A program made the position numbers and the translations under genes. The notes beneath the pieces are model-generated. The model ran no database searches. It worked only from the letters and a program-made list of their open reading frames with translations, and had not been told where the DNA came from. A stretch of 64,000 nucleotides of DNA from Octopus bimaculoides (lineage: Eukaryota), in contig NC_068990.1 of assembly GCF_001194135.2 (NCBI RefSeq), positions 10,764,323-10,828,322 on the forward strand, read 5' to 3'. The stretch's first letter is position 1, and every line of letters starts with the position of its first letter. This document shows, in pieces, positions 56,503 to 64,000 of the stretch.

Positions 56503-58369
56503 TGTTGCCGAACTTCAAAGGTGAATTAGAATTTAAGTGTTGTTTTGTGAATATTCGTTGCCTGTTCATGGCTGGTTACAGTGAGTGTGTGTGCGCGCGC
56601 GCGTGTGTGGAAGTGGGGTTGTAAATATGTGTATATGCGTATGTATTATCTCAGTGTAAGTGAATGCGTTTATCGCAAAGTGTTTCTGTGGCAAGAAATG
56701 AATAGCATTTTCAAAATGTCAAATTGTATAAAGAAAACTGAAACTTATGGAAAAATTGTTTCAAATAATCTACTATTAAACATGAATGTCCTTCCTAATA
56801 CCTTATGTTTGATGAGAGGCAAATGAAGGAAATTATTTAGCCGTCCATTATCTCAGTAAACGTCATCGAATGGAGACTAGTCTTAAAGTCGTAAAGATGA
56901 GAGATATAAGAGACAACCCTTCCTTCATAAAAGAATTGGAAGTCACAATTTCAATTAAATAATTTCAAGCATAACCAGCAACTTGCGTCTATTAGGTCGA
57001 TCAATCTGTGAAAAGTATTAGCAAATTCATTTTTGAAATTATTACAATACTGTCTTAAGAAGTGCGGTTACATATTATAACGCTGCCTTACAAGGGACTT
57101 CTGAACAAGAGGATCGGATTTTCCACGCTGAAAGGTTTATCATCATAGACCTACTCAATCATCTTCTATAAAACCAAAATAGTAGGTGATAAATTTGATA
57201 TAAGTAATTCATTCTTATTAAGGATACAATATTTACGGATATATTGCATTGTTATTAATTCACCAAATTAGTTTACCTGTACTAGTGAAATAGTATAACT
57301 ATGAGCTCCACTATGGTTTCTTTATTTTTTTTTCATTATTTCTTGTTATATGAGCATTAATCCTCCTTTCTATCAAGGCTAAAATAGCATGCCTATCTAT
57401 TTGATCCAACCAATTCTCACTTTAATTATCCTACAATTATTGGTACTTTTCGTGTTTGCTAGTCAAGTTGAGTAAGGAAGATGTTCTGCTCATATTTGTG
57501 TTAACCAATTTAATATCACGCTTTATTCGTCATGTAACACCCTTCTACATCCTCGCTATCTCCTCACCGTGACCACAAGGTAATAGAAACAGTTAATAAT
57601 TATATTTGGATATAAAAGCGGCATAACGGTCGAAATACACAGGGACTGACGCTATGCTTTCATCAAGCGTTTAATTATTCTATGACACCCCAAGAATCAA
57701 TGTTTTGAGTTCCACTCAGTACAGGTATAAGCAAAAAATACAAATTAAATATACGTTAAATATACTGGTGCTAGAAAGAATAACTACCGTTGAACACTTT
57801 CACAGGAGATAATAGTAAATATTATTGCCTTGAGCTAATCAAGACACCATATGTCATATACAAGTATGGTCAAGTGTGATTTATGACTAAGTGAGTTCAA
57901 TGATTTATGACTGTAGATGTTTTAGATTTGCTATATTTGTATGACCGATGTTCTTATTAGTGTTGTTACAATTTTTAATTATTTCATTCAGTCGTCACTA
58001 GTATCACAATTTAAGGAGAATTATGAAATACGTAGTTCAGACAAACAATGTGTTCTGTTTTTAAGTGAAGCAGTGACAAATCAAATCGTTTCTTCGTTGT
58101 TGGATATTTTAAAAGTAGTTATCTGTTTATGAGAAGGAAAAGAAGTATTCAAAATATGGTAATGACTTGGGAAATAAATGGAACAGATTACAAAGTACTG
58201 GCTTCATATACCGAAACAATAGTATGCTTAATTCTGTGTAGGACAGGAAACAGGTAGGTGAATAACTGCGTTCACGTATGGGCATACTGACATACATAGC
58301 CTCTCTCCCCCTCCATTTCACCGTAGCTCTTTCTCTCTGTCCATGTGTTCCTGTCTGCTTGCGTGTGTG

Positions 58370-58430
58370 TATGAGAGAGAGAGAGGGTGAGAGGGTGTGT
58401 GAGAGAGAGAGAGGATAAGAGAGAGAGGAT

Positions 58431-58450
<20 letters not shown>
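58370..58450. repeat. (GA)n microsatellite
   Basis: Seen directly. Confidence 0.95.
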
Positions 58451-58470
<20 letters not shown>

Positions 58471-59164
58471 ATGAGAGTTTCTAAACAATTATGAAATCCG
58501 CATTTTCAAGCCATTAAGTATTTGTTCAAAAATATTTGACTCCTTCCCCGATCTACTTGAGAGACGTCATAGCTTAATTCATTCATGGATGGGTACAAAA
58601 CAGATACTGCGTACAAATGCAAAATAATAAGGTATATATGTATATATAAACACACACACACACATACATAAACTTATGTATTAGATAATAAAACAAATGA
58701 TTTACACCTGGTAGCTTTCTGGCAAAGCACGGTACCTTTCACAGTGTTCGTTGGGTATGGAGTAAATGAAAGACGGATGATGGAATATAGGAGAAATTTT
58801 ATTGTTAATCACGACAATTGTTTCGACACATTTATCATTCAGCCCTCACAGCTGGGACACTTAACAACTGGTTCAGGAGCATGCAGCGGTGGAAATGTAT
58901 CGCATCTGGTGATAAACAGATACAACTCGTTAAAATAACAGTTCCGCAATGTAATTTATTATTTCGTAGAAAGAAAAGCAGCAAAACGAAGGTAGTATCT
59001 TCATTTATGTAGAAGATCAAAAATAAAATCATAGATGCAAAAATGAAACGAATACGCAATACAACGAGAAAAAGTATTAAAAATAACCTTTAACAAATAT
59101 GGATGCATAAACGCCCTCGTGCAAACTGCATGGTTCATGTACACTCACTCATAGAAGCATCCGC

Positions 59165-59475
59165 AAGAATGTAAATATACGCACACGTGTGGTTTGTTTC
59201 ATTCACGATCACGAAGCGAGTTAAATAGCTACTTGGTATTTATAAGAACGAGAAGTTAAAACTAAACGGAATTCATCCATACCTTAAAGTAAATTACGTT
59301 AAGAGTTACTCAAATTTATTCCCCTGCATTGTGAGATAGTATATTTATACGCGTTATGTATCTTGACAGTCATTCAGAAATTCTATTAACAATCTTCTTA
59401 TTGGTCCACAGAATAGGCAGGAATTCTTCGGACAAAAGTCGGCATCTACTGGACATGAAATTGTACGGTTTCACG
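59165..59475 (+). repeat. Unclassified dispersed repeat, homologous to 36790-37100
   Basis: aattcatccataccttaa at 59270-59287 equals 36868-36885, plus colinear anchors. Confidence 0.75.
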
Positions 59476-60775
59476 TGCTTTACTATGGTTCAATTTATGT
59501 TGTACTGAATTTTATCTTCCTTCAGTCACCATACAAAATCGGTCACATACACACATACATACCTATATATATATATATATATATATNNNNNNNNNNNNNN
59601 NNNNNNNNNNNNNNNNNNNNNNNNNNNNNNNNNNNNNNNNNNNNNNNNNNNNNNNNNNNNNNNNNNNNNNNNNNNNNNNNNNNNNNNNNNNNNNNNNNNN
59701 NNNNNNNNNNNNNNNNNNNNNNNNNNNNNNNNNNNNNNNNNNNNNNNNNNNNNNNNNNNNNNNNNNNNNNNNNNNNNNNNNNNNNNNNNNNNNATATGTA
59801 TATATATAACGTTGACCACTAACGTGGACATTCAATGTGCTAGAAATAGATCATATATATGATACACATACATATATGTATATGTGTGTGTGTGTGTGTG
59901 TGTATCAAGATATATATAAATATACTATATATATATTTGTATCAAAAGTAGTGTTGGCTTGCAAAAACGGAAATTGTGCATGATAGATTTCGGATAAGGA
60001 AACCGAAAAATTAAGAGTTAAGTCAAAGGTCAACATGGACATACGCACAGTTTCGATGTGTATGTACCATCAGGAATCTTCTTGGGGAACCTTGAAGTCA
60101 TTGCAATACGTTTCGTACATTGGTTTTCAAACCACAAAAACCATGCCCACATGAAATACCAACTTATCGTATCAATGATATATATATATTATGAATACAG
60201 GAATATAATCAATATTAGATTTTGATATATTGTAAGTTTTCCTAATCAACAGTTCAGCCTTGTTGGATAAAAGGATATTGCTTTGTGTTTTCTTTACAAA
60301 GTTTTGAAAAAATATTTTACCAATAATGATTAATAGTTAGATTAATTAAAGTGATATTTCATTTTAAAGCAAGGGGCACAAATGATGATTGAGATTTAGA
60401 AAATTTTAATTCATAATTTACAATTTGTAAAATAACAGATATATTTACGTATTAAAATAGGCAAAGTGAGGCATGCGGAACTTAGTGCGACATCTGGAAG
60501 CACAACAAAACTACAGAACTGACCTTCACATACTAAGTAAATTAACGAATCCGGAGACATAAGGCAACTTTGTGTAGAAATATCAAGGAGTAAGGGGAAT
60601 AACTACTAACATCTGAAATAAAGTAAATAGAATATAAGACGTGTGCCTTTTAATTCAATTAAAATTAATTAGGATTGATTTTGTCAACATTAATACAAAA
60701 ATTAAATGGTTTATCACCCTTTTCAGAGCGGCGTAAAATTCTCTTGAAACAAAAATCAATATAAATTATCCAAGA

Positions 60776-60920
60776 GGTTCGGCAAAAGAGATGGATAGAA
60801 TAAATACTAGGCTTCTAAAGAATAAGTCCTGGGGTCGATTTCCTCGACTAATGGCGGTGCTCCAGCATGGCCGCAGTCAAATGACTGAAACAAGTAAAAG
60901 AGTAAAAGAGTAAAGAGTAA
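60776..60920 (+). mobile_element. 5'-truncated SINE family B with (AGTAAAAG)n tail
   Basis: ggttcggcaaaagag ... ctccagcatggccgcagtcaaatgactgaaacaagtaaaagagtaaaagagtaaagag. Confidence 0.9.
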
Positions 60921-61232
60921 TGTATCTTTTCTTTAGTAAAAATTTACTGTTCCGTGAAGATCGAGAAAATAGTACCCCATCCAGTGGGAGAAATGTCATT
61001 GAATGTACACAGTATAAAGAGTTTCTTGCTCTAGGCAAGTATTTATAACAAGCCTTATGTCTCCAAGCAATCTACTGGCTCTGAGCATCTTTCCTATTCT
61101 GTTTGCAAATCAGGATGCTGGTACAAGTGAAATCACGAGAAGAAACATTTTTCATCATTTCCAGCATACATATTTTCATTTCTAGCATATAGATTGAGTG
61201 CTCTGAAACTAGTAAAAAACTAATAATATATT

Positions 61233-61445
61233 AAGATAAGTTAAGGCGGTGAGCTGCCAGAACCATTGGCATCCCTGATAAAATGCTTATCGGCATTTCA
61301 TCATTCTTCATGGTCTGAGATCAAATTCCGCCATTCTACTTTCCGTAGACCATAGAATAAGCAACTGATTAGTAATGGGGTCAATGTAATTGAATGAACT
61401 TCTCTCACAAAATTGCTGGCCATCTGCTAAAATTTGAAACAAATA
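61233..61445 (+). mobile_element. SINE family A
   Basis: aaggcggtgagctgccagaacc ... aaatgcttatcggcatttc ... tcaaattccgcc ... aaattgctggcc ... aaaatttgaaac. Confidence 0.8.
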
Positions 61446-62647
61446 TACTGAGATAAGTATAGCGGCAACGACATCGTTTTCTGGTAAGCATGGACCTAAT
61501 GCATATGCAGTAACAATTCCTATTTCATTTGGTATATTTGTTCATATTATGATCTGATAATGAAATCTTATCCAATCAGCCGCTTCACCTCTACACTGGC
61601 AATTAAAAGATCAACATGCAATTAATGTAAATGTATCATTGAATACACTACTTTATGAACAGTTTGATAATTCACAGTAAATATCTTAAATAGCAAATTA
61701 CATTAATAAACTAGTATCCAATTTTATCTCTCTACTTAATTCTACTTAATGTAACAATTTATAGACTGTGACTAAGCAAACATTTCACATAATTTATTGC
61801 CGTTCAAGAATTTATATTTAAAACTGAATTATAATCAAACAGCCAGTAAAGATTTACGAAGACGCAACCGATGCTAGGAATAGCTTGGCTAGTTTTACAT
61901 GATCAATTCCAGTAATGATTATCTAGCAAAAGCTACCGAGCTGGATGTTGGGAAATTAAGACAATGACACGCTTCTGATTATCAGCTAATCTATTTTCCT
62001 TCATATTTGCTAATAATAATTTGGCAGGTAAATGAAATTGCACATTCCTAGTTATCCCTATTTATCCGCAAATGTCTTGAAGGGTGAATGAAAACGGATA
62101 GAGAGTTCTTTTCTTTACTTTTCTTTCCCTTTTCCGTTTTTATTCACCCTTCAACTCTTTCCATCTACCTTCTTGTTTCTTCTCGTGACTTCTCTTGTAC
62201 TAGCATCCTGATTTGCAAAGAGAATAGACAATGTGCTCAGAGCCAGTAGATTGCTTGGAATCGCAAGGCATGTTATAAATACCTGTCAAGAGTAAAAAAA
62301 AAACACTATTCGTAGCTTGTATCTGTATACTGCATGCATGAAATGACATCTCTCTCACTGGATGGTGTACCATTTTCTCGACAGTTCACAGTATGTACGC
62401 ATTTCAAGAAATATATCTTGGCCACTAGACAGTAAACAATTAACATACTGTTTATGTTTGTTTCATATCGAATTTTTGTAACGTTGATTACCTCACTTCT
62501 GTTTCCCTTCACGTCCTCTTCACCAGCGCCTCTTGTATAAACGTATTCTGCTCAAAAGACAACTCAGAAACAATTTTGCTCTCAGTTCTAAAAGTGGCAA
62601 ATTGAATGATCAATTCGACCTGGGTGATAATACTTAACAACCTTAGA

Positions 62648-62908
62648 CGGAGACTGAAAGAAGTCCTCCGTATATATGTATATATTTATGTATGTGTGTA
62701 TATGATTGCGTCTGTGTTTGTCCCCCCAAAATCGCGTTCAACCGATGCTGGTGTGCTTACATCTCCGTAACTTAGCGGTTCGGCAAAATAAACCGATGGA
62801 ATAAGTATTAGGCTTACAAAGAATAAGTTCTGGGGTTGATTTGCTTAACTAAAGGCGGTTTTCCAGCATGGCCACAGTCACGTGACTGAGAGAAGTAAAA
62901 GAGTAAAA
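62648..62908 (+). mobile_element. SINE family B (head missing)
   Basis: agacggagactgaaagaag ... cgtaacttagcggttcggcaaaa ... ccagcatggccacagtca ... agtaaaagagtaaaa. Confidence 0.88.
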
Positions 62909-63874
62909 ATGTATATATGTATATCAAAATACAATTTTTTGTCAATATGTCGCTGCANNNNNNNNNNNNNNNNNNNNNNNNNNNNNNNNNNNNNNNNNNN
63001 NNNNNNNNNNNNNNNNNNNNNNNNNNNNNNNNNNNNNNNNNNNNNNNNNNNNNNNNNNNNNNNNNNNNNNNNNNNNNNNNNNNNNNNNNNNNNNNNNNNN
63101 NNNNNNNNNNNNNNNNNNNNNNNNNNNNNNNNNNNNNNNNNNNNNNNNNNNNNNNNNNNNNNNNNNNNNNNNNNNNNNNNNNNNNNNNNNNNNNNNNNNN
63201 NNNNNNNNNNNNNNNNNNNNNNNNNNNNNNNNNNNNNNNNNNNNNNNNNNNNNNNNNNNNNNNNNNNNNNNNNNNNNNNNNNNNNNNNNNNNNNNNNNNN
63301 NNNNNNNNNNNNNNNNNNNNNNNNNNNNNNNNNNNNNNNNNNNNNNNNNNNNNNNNNNNNNNNNNNNNNNNNNNNNNNNNNNNNNNNNNNNNNNNNNNNN
63401 NNNNNNNNNNNNNNNNNNNNNNNNNNNNNNNNNNNNNNNNNNNNNNNNNNNNNNNNNNNNNNNNNNNNNNNNNNNNNNNNNNNNNNNNNNNNNNNNNNNN
63501 NNNNNNNNNNNNNNNNNNNNNNNNNNNNNNNNNNNNNNNNNNNNNNNNNNNNNNNNNNNNNNNNNNNNNNNNNNNNNNNNNNNNNNNNNNNNNNNNNNNN
63601 NNNNNNNNNNNNNNNNNNNNNNNNNNATATATATTTACACATACATATATATATGCACTGTTATATACCCGTGCGTGTGTATGTGTGTACGTGTAAATAT
63701 ATTTGTGCATTTATGATATATAATAATGGCGAATCCATCAGTATATACTATGAAGAAAAAATATACACTTGTAGATGTGAATGTACATATGTGTATATAT
63801 ATATGTACATATGTACATGTATATGTACACTCACACACACACACACATACACACACACACATATATATATATAT

Positions 63875-64000
63875 GTGGGAGAATTTACGAAAAAAACAAA
63901 AGACGGAGACAGGTGGTGTAAACAACAAATGGATGTATTAGTTTAACGCTCGGGAATAGAGAAAGTCTTTGACGTTTCGAGCTACGCTCTTCAACTGAAA
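63875..64000 (-). mobile_element. Penelope-like terminal repeat, cut off by the window edge
   Basis: Homologous to 25505-25630 and to the reverse complement of 9895-10020. Confidence 0.75.

Noticed and set aside
58795-58835. CTGAATGA...GAAACAATTGTC motif on the minus strand
   Set aside because: The core has an extra base and there is no stem I or II pairing; at best a relic.

Overview
AT-rich, repeat-dense animal genomic DNA with eight N-gaps, most of them flanked by (AT)n. The SINE families and microsatellite load point to an octopus/cephalopod genome (inference from recognition, not a database search). No host protein-coding gene can be supported with confidence; most listed ORFs are microsatellite or gap artefacts. 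The window is a mosaic of decayed mobile elements: about 15 tRNA-headed SINE copies of three types, five pieces of R4/Dong-clade non-LTR retrotransposons tied to (AAT)n arrays (one near full-length but missing its RT), three Penelope-like elements (PLEs) plus PLE terminal repeats with hammerhead-ribozyme-like folds, Ty3/Gypsy RT-RNaseH and integrase remnants, two Tc1/mariner transposase remnants and a TA-flanked MITE. The most notable observations are a hammerhead-like fold with a non-canonical U at core position 6 in two of three family copies, a long Thr/Asn/Ser-rich insertion inside a PLE GIY-YIG domain, the RT-deleted R4/Dong element, and a 149-bp near-identical duplication carrying splice signals and an ATG.
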